Source: Pseudidiomarina andamanensis (GTDB lineage Bacteria; Pseudomonadota; Gammaproteobacteria; Enterobacterales; Alteromonadaceae). From it: 32,000 nucleotides of DNA. The notes beneath the pieces are model-generated. The model did no database searches. It had not been told where the DNA came from and saw only the letters and a program-made list of their open reading frames with translations. Below are positions 1-13,747 of the stretch, in pieces (position 1 is the first letter of the stretch; each line of letters starts with the position of its first letter). The stretch covers positions 1,050,001 to 1,082,000 of the forward strand of contig NZ_CP032551.1 in assembly GCF_009734345.1 (NCBI RefSeq). The letters are read 5' to 3'. The translations under genes were made by a program, and so were the position numbers.

Positions 1-1938
<1,938 letters not shown>

Positions 1939-2014
1939 CTACTTCCTACGACGTTTTGGGTAAAAAATGGACTAAAATATAAGGCGAAATGCTACCACGA
2001 AAGAAACGGGTAAA

Positions 2015-2485
2015 CTAGTCTGCATCAGCGTTTGCTTGACGATCAAGCGCCTGTTTTATCTCACTGAAACTATAACCGCGCTGCATTAGGTGACGAACTA
2101 TTTTATCGCGTTGTTTCTGGTCTTGCGGTGGCGTTTCACCAAATTTTTTAATTAAGCGCTCATAGCATGCATGATTCCAGTTTGGCTGCTCAGCCTGCAA
2201 AATATCTTCGATTAATTCGCTCGAAAGGCCTTTTTGTGGCGCATGAGCCATTATTTTTCGCACGCCATCGCCCTTTGCGATGCATGCCCGAACCCATACT
2301 TGTGCAAAACGTCGATCCGATTGCCAGCCGTTTTCTTGCGCTTTGGTCAGAACCATTTCAATCGTTTGATGGTCGAAACCTCGTTGTTTTAACTTTTGTT
2401 TTAGCTCTCGCGCACTATGTTCACGACGCGCCAGCAAACGGACGAGTGTTTCTTCTGCTTGTTGAGTTTCGTTATCAGCTGTCAT
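2015..2485 (-). CDS. recX: RecA regulatory protein RecX
   Basis: 156 aa with three-repeat helical RecX-like sequence (LLARREHSARELKQKLKQRGF..., RRFAQVWVRA, IVRHLMQRGYSFSEIKQAL). Sits directly upstream of alaS as in the classical recA-recX-alaS arrangement. Confidence 0.85.
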   Translation of the reverse strand: MTADNETQQAEETLVRLLARREHSARELKQKLKQRGFDHQTIEMVLTKAQENGWQSDRRFAQVWVRACIAKGDGVRKIMAHAPQKGLSSELIEDILQAEQPNWNHACYERLIKKFGETPPQDQKQRDKIVRHLMQRGYSFSEIKQALDRQANADAD

Positions 2486-2518
2486 TTTGATTTTTAATCA
2501 ACCGTATTTGGAGGCACT

Positions 2519-3211
2519 ATGTTATTTCGCCACGCAATTATCTTAATTTTATTCAGTGCCATTCTTACAGGCTGTCAACCGGCTAGCTCTGAAATGACAC
2601 GCTCTATAAGTGTTACTGGCCACGCCGAGTCGTTAGTTGCTCCTGATCAAGCCAAGTTAACCATCAGCGTGAATCGAGACGGCGCAGAACTTGCAGAAAT
2701 CAAGCAGCAAATTGATCAAGTTTCGGCATCAATCATAGCATTTCTTCGCGAGCAGCAAATAGACGATGCCGACATCACCTCATACAAAGTAAGTGCTAGT
2801 CCGGCATATGATTACGAGGATGGTAAGCGTGTATCTCGTGGCTATACGGCTATGCGTCAAATTCAAGTCACGCTGCGAGACCTTGCGCAATACGATAGTA
2901 TCGTCGACCAAGCCCTACAGGCAGGCGCAACGTACATTATGAACGTTGAGTTCATCATCAGTGAAACCGACCAAATTTATCAGCAATTACTTGCAACAGC
3001 TGTCGAACATGCACATCAGAAAGCTATCAAAATGGCGAATGCAACTGGAAGTACAGTTGGGCAGGTTATTTCTATTCAAGAGAGTAGCTATGCGCCAGCA
3101 GTAAGTCAGCAAGCCATGATGCGCGTACACCAAGAAGCGGCTGATGTTAGCTTACCCGGAAAAAATGAAATACGGGCACAAGTCAGCGTGACCTATCGCC
3201 TACGTGATTAA
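2519..3211 (+). CDS. SIMPL/DUF541-family periplasmic lipoprotein (YggE-like)
   Basis: 230 aa. Lipobox in the signal peptide (ILFSAILTGC). Body resembles E. coli YggE (ISVTGHAE..VAPDQAKL..., GYTAMRQIQVTLRDL). GGAGG Shine-Dalgarno 7 nt before the ATG. Confidence 0.75.
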   Translation: MLFRHAIILILFSAILTGCQPASSEMTRSISVTGHAESLVAPDQAKLTISVNRDGAELAEIKQQIDQVSASIIAFLREQQIDDADITSYKVSASPAYDYEDGKRVSRGYTAMRQIQVTLRDLAQYDSIVDQALQAGATYIMNVEFIISETDQIYQQLLATAVEHAHQKAIKMANATGSTVGQVISIQESSYAPAVSQQAMMRVHQEAADVSLPGKNEIRAQVSVTYRLRD

Positions 3212-4233
3212 GGTGTGGGCAACGTCATACAATGTAATGCCCCACCCGCTTTTATAAATTCATCGGCGGCAGCACCAATAACGGTAAGGTCTGGTGCTGC
3301 GCGTCGCAGAATTAATAAAGCTTCAGCATCAGTATCAAGACCAAATTGCGGTACCAAGACAATCTTCCCCGCCCGCACAAAGTTCACGTAACTTGCTAGC
3401 AAAGGCGCCTTACCTCGTGGCAGCACGCCTGCTTGCTCGCGAATACTGTGATATTCACTTGCAATAGGCGTAATAACTTCCGGTTGAGGCAGCACAATCA
3501 CTTTGTACGGTGCACCGCTTGTGTTTGTCCAACGACGCACTTGATTTAATTGACTAGCATAATCTTCGGCTAATGATGATGCTGAATTTGGTAGACTAAC
3601 CACGATGGTATTAGCGTCTAAAAACTGCACTTGATTATCGGCATGGCCGCCGGTTTCATCGGCTGGATGAGCGAAATATAACCAATATAGGTTACTTAAT
3701 TGAAGTTCAGCCTTTAAATAGGCCTCAATTTCTACTTCTGACCAAGTTGGATTATTTCGAGTAACGCTAACGCTGTGAACAACAGCTGTACCAGCCCCAT
3801 CAGTGCTTATTGCACCGCCCTCAAATACTAAATCATGAGCGCGATAAATAGCGCCTAAATGATGAGCTAAACGTTCGGCAAATAATTGGTCATCATGGAA
3901 ATTTGGATAGAGACCGTGCCAGGCGGAAAACCTAAAACCATGTGCAATCGGCGTTTGCTTCTCATTGCGAACCCAAAGCGGCCCAATATCTCGTGGCCAC
4001 GCATCATCATAGCTAAGTGGAATAAGAGAGAATTCTTTTGAAATACGTTGCCGGACTGAATCGTATTTATCGGGATGAACACCAATCAAAAGGTTTTGAT
4101 ACGGCTGAATGAGTTCTGCGAATTGAAGCAACTGACGCTGTGCAGGCTCTCCGTTATCGCGCCACACATCGTTACGAAAAGGCCACAGCGTAAGCAGTGG
4201 CCCATTTAGTTCCCAATCAGCTAACAGGCTCAT
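3208..4233 (-). CDS. agmatine deiminase / Porphyromonas-type peptidyl-arginine deiminase family protein
   Basis: 341 aa. Family-like motifs [17 protein letters not shown], and a C-terminal catalytic-Cys motif GGALHCMT. The start overlaps the rluB stop as ATGA. Confidence 0.75.
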   Translation of the reverse strand: MSLLADWELNGPLLTLWPFRNDVWRDNGEPAQRQLLQFAELIQPYQNLLIGVHPDKYDSVRQRISKEFSLIPLSYDDAWPRDIGPLWVRNEKQTPIAHGFRFSAWHGLYPNFHDDQLFAERLAHHLGAIYRAHDLVFEGGAISTDGAGTAVVHSVSVTRNNPTWSEVEIEAYLKAELQLSNLYWLYFAHPADETGGHADNQVQFLDANTIVVSLPNSASSLAEDYASQLNQVRRWTNTSGAPYKVIVLPQPEVITPIASEYHSIREQAGVLPRGKAPLLASYVNFVRAGKIVLVPQFGLDTDAEALLILRRAAPDLTVIGAAADEFIKAGGALHCMTLPTP

Positions 4234-5276
4234 GAGCGTGTTCGTTGACGTCCACTAGGCTTACGTTTTTTATCAGCGTTCGACCGCGACGATGGTTTAC
4301 CTTTTGATGGCGTTTTACCACGTGGATTGCGTGGTTCTCTTTGCAGTTCTCTTTGCGGCTCTCTTTGTTGATCTCTCCGCGAGTTTTTCCGCGGCGCTTT
4401 GCGTTGCTCTGGCGCGGCTTCTTCAACCTTCGCTCCGGGAGTACGCTGTTGCAGCTTTTGCGCATTGATTCGACGCGCACGTGAATAGCGCTTCTGACGT
4501 GATTCACCTTGGCGCGGGTCAATAAACGTGCGTGTTTCTTCCGGTAACTCAACCAAGTCACGAAGATAATTAATATCTTTCAGTGATAGCTCACCCCAAC
4601 CACTTTGAGGCAACCCTTGTTCTAATTTAATATTACCGTAGCGCACACGAATTAATCGGCTGACCTGCACACCTTGTGATTCCCACAAACGGCGCACTTC
4701 GCGGTTGCGTCCTTCGGTTAATACCACGCGAAACCATTGGTTCATCCCTTCGCCACCACCGCGTTTGATTTCTTTAAACGCAGCAGGACCATCCTCCAAT
4801 TGCACGCCTTGCTTCAATTTACGCATCATGGCATCGGTGACTTCGCCAAACACGCGAACTGAATATTCGCGTTCAATTTCATGGCCCGGATGCATCAGTC
4901 GATTGGCTAACTCACCATCGGTGGTAAATAGGAGTAAACCCGAGGTGTTTACATCTAATCGGCCAACAGCCACCCAACGCGCACCTTGCATGCGCGGTAA
5001 CCGGTCATAAACCGTTGGACGACCTTCGGGGTCACGCCGTGTGCACAGCTCACCTTCCGGCTTGTGGTACATCAATACACGACAGACAACATCTTCTGGC
5101 TGTTTAATATTTACTTCACGACCATCAATGCGCACAATCGCGTTGGTATCAATTCGCTCGCCTAAGGTGGCAACCTGACCATTGACGCTCACGCGCCCAG
5201 CAGCAATTATCGATTCCAGCTCACGGCGTGAGCCATGACCAGATCGGGCTAGTACTTTTTGCAGTTTTTCACTCAT
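4230..5276 (-). CDS. rluB: 23S rRNA pseudouridine(2605) synthase RluB with a long basic C-terminal tail
   Basis: N-terminal S4 domain [33 protein letters not shown]. RsuA/RluB catalytic region [26 protein letters not shown]. About 100 aa of Arg/Lys/Gln-rich tail. Confidence 0.9.
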   Translation of the reverse strand: MSEKLQKVLARSGHGSRRELESIIAAGRVSVNGQVATLGERIDTNAIVRIDGREVNIKQPEDVVCRVLMYHKPEGELCTRRDPEGRPTVYDRLPRMQGARWVAVGRLDVNTSGLLLFTTDGELANRLMHPGHEIEREYSVRVFGEVTDAMMRKLKQGVQLEDGPAAFKEIKRGGGEGMNQWFRVVLTEGRNREVRRLWESQGVQVSRLIRVRYGNIKLEQGLPQSGWGELSLKDINYLRDLVELPEETRTFIDPRQGESRQKRYSRARRINAQKLQQRTPGAKVEEAAPEQRKAPRKNSRRDQQREPQRELQREPRNPRGKTPSKGKPSSRSNADKKRKPSGRQRTRS

Positions 5277-5284
5277 GGTGGATA

Positions 5285-5878
5285 TTACTCTGTATTTGTC
5301 GCTGTCTCAGCGGTTATCTCAAGTTTAATCTGAGCGGTCTGCCCGGCATTGCTGCCTCGCTCGGGAGGTTCCGGAATTGCAGGTAATTCAGATAAATCGT
5401 GTAAGCTAAAATAATCTAAAAATTCATTGGTTGTGGCGTATAGCTGCGGGCGCCCGGGTACTTCACGATGTCCAACTACTTTAATCCACCCCCGCTCTTG
5501 CAAGGTTTTCATAATGTTAGAGCTGACACTAACCCCACGAATTTCTTCAATATCGCCACGAGTTATCGGCTGACGATAGGCAATTAATGCCAGTGTTTCT
5601 AGTAGTGCCTGTGAATAGCGCGGCGGCTTTTCTTGCCACAAACGGCTTATTATACCACCCAATTCTGCGCGCGTCTGAAATCTGTATCCTGAGGCAACTA
5701 AAATAAGTTGCACACCGCGCTCTTGGTAATCATTTTGCAATTCTCGCAGCACTTCTTTAAGTTGTTTTTTCGTCACGTTTTCAGTGGCAAAATGATCCGC
5801 AAGTTGCTGCTCACTCAAGGGTGACTCAGCGACAAATAACAATGCTTCAATAGCCTGTTTAAGTTGTTGAATCTGCAT
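5285..5878 (-). CDS. scpB: segregation and condensation protein B
   Basis: 197 aa. [18 protein letters not shown]..., [42 protein letters not shown] are ScpB hallmarks. Overlaps scpA by 20 nt. Confidence 0.9.
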   Translation of the reverse strand: MQIQQLKQAIEALLFVAESPLSEQQLADHFATENVTKKQLKEVLRELQNDYQERGVQLILVASGYRFQTRAELGGIISRLWQEKPPRYSQALLETLALIAYRQPITRGDIEEIRGVSVSSNIMKTLQERGWIKVVGHREVPGRPQLYATTNEFLDYFSLHDLSELPAIPEPPERGSNAGQTAQIKLEITAETATNTE

Positions 5879-6692
5879 AAACTTGTTCTCGATTTGTCAC
5901 ATGAATCTCGCTAAACGCATCAACCTGGATTACTTCTACCAACGCTTCTTTCACGAGCTCTAAAATAGCGAGAAAACTCACGACAACCCCAGCGCGTCCC
6001 TCTTGGGGTTCAAAAATATCACTTAATCGAAGCCGCTTCTTGGTCTGTAATAAATCTAAAATACGGCTCATTCGCTCACGGGTTGAAAGCTTTTCACGCT
6101 GCACTTGATGATGATTCTGTAATTTGGCCTGAGCCAAAGCCTGACTAAACGCAACCGCAATTTCTGCCAGCGTGACTTCAGGCAACTGTTGTTCAATGAG
6201 CTCTTGCGCATCCGTCTGTGCATGCGCTACAAAGTTGTCACGACCAGTTTGCGGCATCCCATCGAGGTGTTCAGCACCTTGGCGAATGGCTTCGTACTCT
6301 TGTAAACGTCGAACGAGCTCGGCTCTTGGATCGTGTTCGTCTTCATCGTCAGTTGGCGGCCGCGGTAACAACATTCGGCTTTTAATTTCAGCCAGCATCG
6401 CTGCCATCACCAAATAATCAGCTGCTAATTCTAATTTCAAATCTTTCATCATGTCGACGTATTCCATGTACTGCTTCGTAATTGGCAGTATTGGTAGGTC
6501 GACAATATCGAGTTTTTGACGGCGAATTAAATAGAGTAACAAGTCCATTGGTCCGGAAAAGCTTTCGAGTATTAACTCAAGCGCATCCGGCGGAATATAG
6601 AGATCTTCAGGTTTTTCAATGACAGGCTCACCGCGCACAAAACCGAGCGGTAACGATTGTTGTTGAGCGATGGTTATGTCGGCGTTGCTCAT
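5859..6692 (-). CDS. scpA: segregation and condensation protein A (kleisin)
   Basis: 277 aa. The FSGPMDLLLYLIRRQKLDIVDLPILPITKQYMEYV motif is typical of ScpA. Confidence 0.9.
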   Translation of the reverse strand: MSNADITIAQQQSLPLGFVRGEPVIEKPEDLYIPPDALELILESFSGPMDLLLYLIRRQKLDIVDLPILPITKQYMEYVDMMKDLKLELAADYLVMAAMLAEIKSRMLLPRPPTDDEDEHDPRAELVRRLQEYEAIRQGAEHLDGMPQTGRDNFVAHAQTDAQELIEQQLPEVTLAEIAVAFSQALAQAKLQNHHQVQREKLSTRERMSRILDLLQTKKRLRLSDIFEPQEGRAGVVVSFLAILELVKEALVEVIQVDAFSEIHVTNREQVYADSTT

Positions 6693-6698
6693 CGCAGT

Positions 6699-7325
6699 TT
6701 ATGCATCCACAAATGGCGAAGTATCGCCGGCACCTTCCCGAACTACTTTGACAACATCATCGGCCAAGTCAATCACAGTGGTTGGCTCTTCTCCACGATG
6801 CTCACCATCAATGATCAGCTCAACTTGTTGGTCTAGTCGATCGCGAATCTCATAAGGATCAGACTCAGCAAATTCATTATCGTCGAGAATTAAACTCGTC
6901 GACATCAATGGTTCACCCAACGCTTCAAGTAATGCCATTACAATTGGGTCATCCGACACCCGAATACCGATAGTTTTTCGTTTCGGATTCAGCAAGCGTT
7001 TAGGTACTTCTTTGGTACCTTTCAAAATAAACGTATAAGCGCCCGGTGTGTTGTTTTTAAGCAACCGAAACGCTTGGTTATCAACCCGTGCGTAGGTAGA
7101 TAGCTCCGACAAATCACGGCACATCAGTGTGAAATGATGGTCTTTATCAATATTTCGAATGCGACAAATGCGTTCCATGGCGTTTTTGTCACCAATACGG
7201 CAACCTATGGCATAGCCCGAATCGGTTGGATAAACCACCACACCACCCTGCAAAATAATTTCAGCGGCCTGTTGCATCAGGCGCTTCTGCGGGTTTTCTG
7301 GGTGTACACTAAGGTATTGGCTCAT
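6699..7325 (-). CDS. yciO: YciO (Sua5/YrdC/YciO family, threonylcarbamoyl-AMP synthase-like)
   Basis: 208 aa, colinear with E. coli YciO as I recall it (MSQ..HP.NPQ.RL..QA.EI...GGV.VYPTDSGYA.GC.I.DKNAMERICRIR...FTLMCRDLSELSTY..VDN.AFRL.KNNTPG.YTFILKGTKEVP.RLL). Confidence 0.9.
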   Translation of the reverse strand: MSQYLSVHPENPQKRLMQQAAEIILQGGVVVYPTDSGYAIGCRIGDKNAMERICRIRNIDKDHHFTLMCRDLSELSTYARVDNQAFRLLKNNTPGAYTFILKGTKEVPKRLLNPKRKTIGIRVSDDPIVMALLEALGEPLMSTSLILDDNEFAESDPYEIRDRLDQQVELIIDGEHRGEEPTTVIDLADDVVKVVREGAGDTSPFVDA

Positions 7326-8204
7326 AATAATTAAATTTGTCTCATTACGGTTGCTTTAACACAGCCTATTTATATTGTTTACCACAGTGTCCATATTGGC
7401 ACACAGCGCTCTGGTAAACAAAGATTTTTACCTAACTCACGCCAGCGTGCCGGATAATGAAAATCAGAGCCAACAGAGGCTGCAAGACCAATTTCTTCAG
7501 CAAACGTCGCTAATGCTTCGCGCTGACCTGGTGATTGCGTGCCGATAGCAACTTCGACGCCAGTTACGCCAACTTGTTTAGCTTCGGTTAACAGGCGTCG
7601 TAACCATTTATTACTCAACTGATAAGCATGAGGATGTGCAATCACCGTCACGCCGCCAGCAGCAGTAACCGCGGCCACCGCATCGGCAAGTGTCACCCAC
7701 TGCGTCGCGACATAAGCTTGCTGGCCCTTTCCTAAATAACGTCGGAATGCCGCTTCAAAAGAACTCACCCAACCACCTTCAACCATGGCATCGGCGAGGT
7801 GTTTGCGCGTTGGCATCGTCATCGCTTGCGCCATGGGAGGCTGCACCTCAATACCTGCTTTGTGAAGCTTCGCGATCATTGCTTCGTAGCGATTGCGGCG
7901 GCATTGTTGTTGCTGCTCCAATAGTTGCTTCATAGTTGGCGCTTCGGCATCAAAATTCAGCGCCACCAAATGAATTTCGAAACCTTCCCACGAGCAGGTG
8001 ATTTCTGTGCCAACAATTAGCTCCAGCGGCAATTGGTGTTGTTTAATAAACTCCTGGGCTTCGGTAACACCGCCTACCGAGTCATGATCGGTTAACGCCA
8101 AATGTGTGACGCCTTGTTCGCAAGCACGCTGAACCAATTCTGCGGGGCTTAATGCGCCATCAGAATAATAACTATGACAATGTAAGTCATAGCGACATGT
8201 CACA

Positions 8205-10239
<2,035 letters not shown>

Positions 10240-10240
10240 T

Positions 10241-10254
10241 TAAACAACTGTTTG
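10241..10254 (-). promoter_or_regulatory. candidate PsrA-type (fatty-acid degradation repressor) operator upstream of fadH
   Basis: Minus strand reads CAAACAGTTGTTTA, i.e. AAAC-N4-GTTT with inverted AAACA/TGTTT arms, 14-27 nt upstream of the fadH ATG. Resembles the S-AAAC-N2-4-GTTT-S PsrA motif as I recall it. Confidence 0.25.
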
Positions 10255-10280
10255 AATAAGGCCACTGTACTCATTTTTAC

Positions 10281-11642
10281 TTAAAAATAATAGCCTATAT
10301 TAATGTTGAAACGCGTGTTTGTATCCGTAGCATTGCCGCTCATAGAGCCTCCCACAAACGGCTGATTACGTGCTGTCACCAAATCAAAATAGGTGTACAA
10401 ACCACCAGCAGAAACCGCAACGCCTAGCACGTTCATCAATGTATCTTCGGAATAAAAGCGCTTATCGGTCATTAAACTGAAATCATTGTAAAACGTTAGA
10501 TTGGTCACCGGCCCCCATTTCACTGGAAGGCTGTACGCAATGTTTGCCGAGTACAACGTTGCTTTCGTTGGAATGGTATCAAAGTAATTGTATGCACCGA
10601 CGACAATACCTCTATTCGGAGCTTCCATGTCGTAATCGTATTGCGTAACTTGCCCCATGAATGTCCAACGGTCGTAGTTATACAAACCATGTATTGCCCA
10701 CGCCATGCGTTCGCCAACATTATCGACGCCATCATTCATGTCACCCCATTGCACGGATGCGCCAAATTCCGCAGAGCGAATGTCATCAAATGACCATTTT
10801 CGAACGCCACGCAACGCCCAACTATTAGTTTCGGCAGCGAGCGCGGTTGGATCATCATACAAACCTTCATCCGCGAATCGAATGCCAACGGCATCATAAG
10901 CATAGCGATCCGATTTGTTGGACGCTAAACCATCCGCACCACCTAGCTCATCAGATTTAAAGAATGCGATATCAAAATCCCAGTCGGCATCGCGATAACG
11001 CATTTTCGCACCCATATCGTGGTCATCTTCTAAACCAACGTAAAAGTTTGAGCTAAAAAAGTAGCTGTTTGAGTTATACGGCGTGTTACCGAATGGGACT
11101 TTAGTTACCCCTAACTGCCCTTGCCAATTCTCGGTGAAGTTGTAACCAACCCATGCATGTTGCACCACATCCATATACTGGAACCATCGATATTGAGCTG
11201 ACAAAATCACATCACCAATTTCGCCATTGTAGTCAATTCGAACCAGATCAAAGTCAAAATCGCCACCGCGATCTTTCAGCGGGTCATTATAATCTTCCCA
11301 TACGTACTGAGCCCGTACTGCACCACCTATTTGTATTGGTGCATTTTGAGCCTCTTGCACATCCTCTTCTAAACGCTCCACTCTTGCTGCTAAGGCTGAG
11401 CTTCTTACCTCACGCCGCGGCGCAAATTCTTCTTGTTGGTCAGATTGTTGCGCTTGATCTTGCTGCTCCTGCTGCTGCGAGGCTACGCGTTGCTCTAAAT
11501 CGACAACACGTTGTTTCAACTGCTCGATTTGTTCAAGTAACTGCTGCAATCCCTCAGTACTCGTCAACTCATTAGACTGACCAAACGCGCTGGGTGCGGT
11601 GATCAAAGTCGCTATTGCTACGGTTAACAGTTTCCGTTTCAT
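10281..11642 (-). CDS. outer-membrane beta-barrel porin with an N-terminal coiled-coil segment
   Basis: I place the start at ATG 11642 (MKRKLLTVAIATLITAPSAFG signal peptide, AAGGA SD 7 nt upstream), not at the track start 11711, which lies inside the upstream gene. Gln/Glu-rich heptad region LQQLLEQIEQLKQRVVDLEQRV. Alternating aromatic beta-strand pattern, and a C-terminal ...NINIGYYF terminal-Phe OMP signature. Confidence 0.75.
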   Translation of the reverse strand: MKRKLLTVAIATLITAPSAFGQSNELTSTEGLQQLLEQIEQLKQRVVDLEQRVASQQQEQQDQAQQSDQQEEFAPRREVRSSALAARVERLEEDVQEAQNAPIQIGGAVRAQYVWEDYNDPLKDRGGDFDFDLVRIDYNGEIGDVILSAQYRWFQYMDVVQHAWVGYNFTENWQGQLGVTKVPFGNTPYNSNSYFFSSNFYVGLEDDHDMGAKMRYRDADWDFDIAFFKSDELGGADGLASNKSDRYAYDAVGIRFADEGLYDDPTALAAETNSWALRGVRKWSFDDIRSAEFGASVQWGDMNDGVDNVGERMAWAIHGLYNYDRWTFMGQVTQYDYDMEAPNRGIVVGAYNYFDTIPTKATLYSANIAYSLPVKWGPVTNLTFYNDFSLMTDKRFYSEDTLMNVLGVAVSAGGLYTYFDLVTARNQPFVGGSMSGNATDTNTRFNINIGYYF

Positions 11643-11652
11643 AGTCAATTCC

Positions 11653-13623
11653 TTAACGCAAAACATGCAAGAAATGCATATGTTTGTGGTAATGGTCGAT
11701 GATGTCACCAATCACAGCATCACGTGACCAACCTAAAATATCGTAATCTTGGCCGCCCTCACGTAGGTGAACTTCAGCGCGATAGTATTTCTGTTCTTCA
11801 GGGGCATCTACTTGCTCCCCTTCGGCATAGATAAATGCTGGCTGGATATGTGAGGCAAGTTCAACTTGATAAATAAAATCGATTTCGTCACCATGAATGA
11901 CGCGAAATGTCTTAAGGTTCTTATCGTCAACTTGCAATACAACGGTTAGCCCACTTGCTTCCATTTCTTCAGCAACATCTTTAAATGCCGGCTCAACAAC
12001 TTGCAATAAGAAACGCTGACCCACTGACTTGCTCGGAAAGTCGATAATGTTGTGCAAGCGTTCACGCCAATTCTTGTTGCTCTGTGATGACGCAGTTAAA
12101 TAGCTGTTCTGTAGCGTATCTTTTTTATGAACGTCTACACGTAAGGCTTGGATCAATCCATAAGTGGCAATAAGAAGGATGATCGTAAACGGTAAGGCGC
12201 TGGCAATTGTCATTGTCTGTAATGCCCCCAAGCCACCGGCTAAGAGCAAAATAATCGCTACGATACCTTCACCACTAGCCCAAAATATACGTTGCCACGC
12301 GGGCGTATCATCGCGGCCATTTGAGCAAAGCATATCAACAACCATTGAGCCGGAATCCGATGATGTGACAAAAAACACCACCACCATAAGTGTGGCGACT
12401 ACGCTCAGAAAACCACTCCACGGGAACTGTTCTAAAAACGCAAATAGAGCAATTGAAACATCGTTCTCAACCATCTCGCCAAGTGACGTCACGCCTTTAT
12501 TCAAAATCATATCAATGGCTGAATTACCGAAGAACGTCATCCACATCAGCGTAAAGCCGGCTGGCACTAACAGTACCCCCAACACAAACTCCCGAATGGT
12601 ACGTCCGCGTGAAACACGCGCGATGAATAAGCCTACAAACGGTGCCCAACTTAACCACCAACCCCAGTAAAAGACTGTCCAACCACCTATCCAATCCGTT
12701 TTTTCATAAGCAAACAGGTTGAAAGTATTATTAACGAGCTCCGATACATACGATCCTGTATTCTGTACAAAGGCTTGTAACAAAAACACTGTTGGGCCAA
12801 GTAACAATACGAATACCAACAACAGTACAGCCAAAATCATATTCAGCTCAGACAACCGTCGAATGCCTTTATCTAAGCCGGTGGTCACTGAAATTACCGC
12901 CAGCAGGGTCACCCCAATAATTAGAATAACTTGAACGGTGTCGGAAACTGGAATGTCGAAAAGATAGTTAATACCGGCGTTAATCTGGGTGACGCCATAA
13001 CCTAACGAAGTCGCGACACCGAATACCGTTCCGATAACTGCAAATACATCAACTACATGACCAATTGGGCCGTAAATTCTATCGCCTATCATTGGGTAAA
13101 GCGCAGACCGAAGTGTCAGCGGTAAACCATGACGATATGCAAAGAATGCTAGAATTAATGCGACAATCGCATAAATTGCCCATGCATGCAGACCCCAATG
13201 GAAGAATGTAATCTTCATCGCTTCGCGAGCAGCTTCAACGCTACCAGCTTCTGCCACCGGCGGCGCTAAAAAATGCATCACTGGCTCTGCAACGCCAAAA
13301 AACATTAAACCGATACCCATGCCAGCGGAAAACAACATTGAGAACCAGGTTATTTTGGAATAATCAGGTTCGGAGTGATCAGGACCGAGTTTAATCGCAC
13401 CCATTTTAGAAAAGCCGAGATAGAGCACGCTGATAAGAATGATCGCGACAGATAGCACATAAAACCAGCTGCCATTCTCAATAATCGCTGCCTGAATACC
13501 TTGAAACCATGTATTAGCCGTGTCAGGAACAATCGCTGCAAATAATAAAATCACGATGATTAAACCGGCGGCACTATAAAATACTGGGGGGTTGAGTCTT
13601 GCAGGAGCGGTAGTATCTTTCAT
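11653..13623 (-). CDS. BCCT-family (betaine/carnitine/choline) transporter, BetT-like with a long cytoplasmic C-terminal domain
   Basis: 656 aa, about 12 TM segments. BCCT-type Trp-rich segment (FYWGWWLSWAPFVGLFIARVSRGRTIREF). About 150-aa hydrophilic C-terminal extension. Confidence 0.9.
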   Translation of the reverse strand: MKDTTAPARLNPPVFYSAAGLIIVILLFAAIVPDTANTWFQGIQAAIIENGSWFYVLSVAIILISVLYLGFSKMGAIKLGPDHSEPDYSKITWFSMLFSAGMGIGLMFFGVAEPVMHFLAPPVAEAGSVEAAREAMKITFFHWGLHAWAIYAIVALILAFFAYRHGLPLTLRSALYPMIGDRIYGPIGHVVDVFAVIGTVFGVATSLGYGVTQINAGINYLFDIPVSDTVQVILIIGVTLLAVISVTTGLDKGIRRLSELNMILAVLLLVFVLLLGPTVFLLQAFVQNTGSYVSELVNNTFNLFAYEKTDWIGGWTVFYWGWWLSWAPFVGLFIARVSRGRTIREFVLGVLLVPAGFTLMWMTFFGNSAIDMILNKGVTSLGEMVENDVSIALFAFLEQFPWSGFLSVVATLMVVVFFVTSSDSGSMVVDMLCSNGRDDTPAWQRIFWASGEGIVAIILLLAGGLGALQTMTIASALPFTIILLIATYGLIQALRVDVHKKDTLQNSYLTASSQSNKNWRERLHNIIDFPSKSVGQRFLLQVVEPAFKDVAEEMEASGLTVVLQVDDKNLKTFRVIHGDEIDFIYQVELASHIQPAFIYAEGEQVDAPEEQKYYRAEVHLREGGQDYDILGWSRDAVIGDIIDHYHKHMHFLHVLR

Positions 13624-13692
13624 TCTATGTCCTTGCTTGAATTGAGAAACTTTCGATAATTATAGCGTTGTTTGAGGAGATTTCCTGCGCAA

Positions 13693-13720
13693 TAAAAAAC
13701 GGCCACCCGAGGGTGGCCGT
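13693..13720 (-). terminator. Rho-independent terminator closing the S10 operon
   Basis: Minus-strand RNA reads ACGGCCACCC-UC-GGGUGGCCGU followed by UUUUUUAUU, 28 nt after the rpsQ stop. Confidence 0.85.
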
Positions 13721-13747
13721 TTATCATTCACGTTGTGAGGTAATCGA

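Noticed and set aside
4217-4561. 114-aa Arg/Lys-rich ORF
   Set aside because: It is an alternative frame of the repetitive basic tail of rluB. The rluB frame is continuous with a recognisable catalytic domain, and this one is not.
11643-11711. N-terminal extension of the porin ORF (MVTSSTITTNICISCMFCVKELT)
   Set aside because: The extension lies within the 3' end of the BCCT gene. A canonical signal peptide with a good SD begins at ATG 11642.
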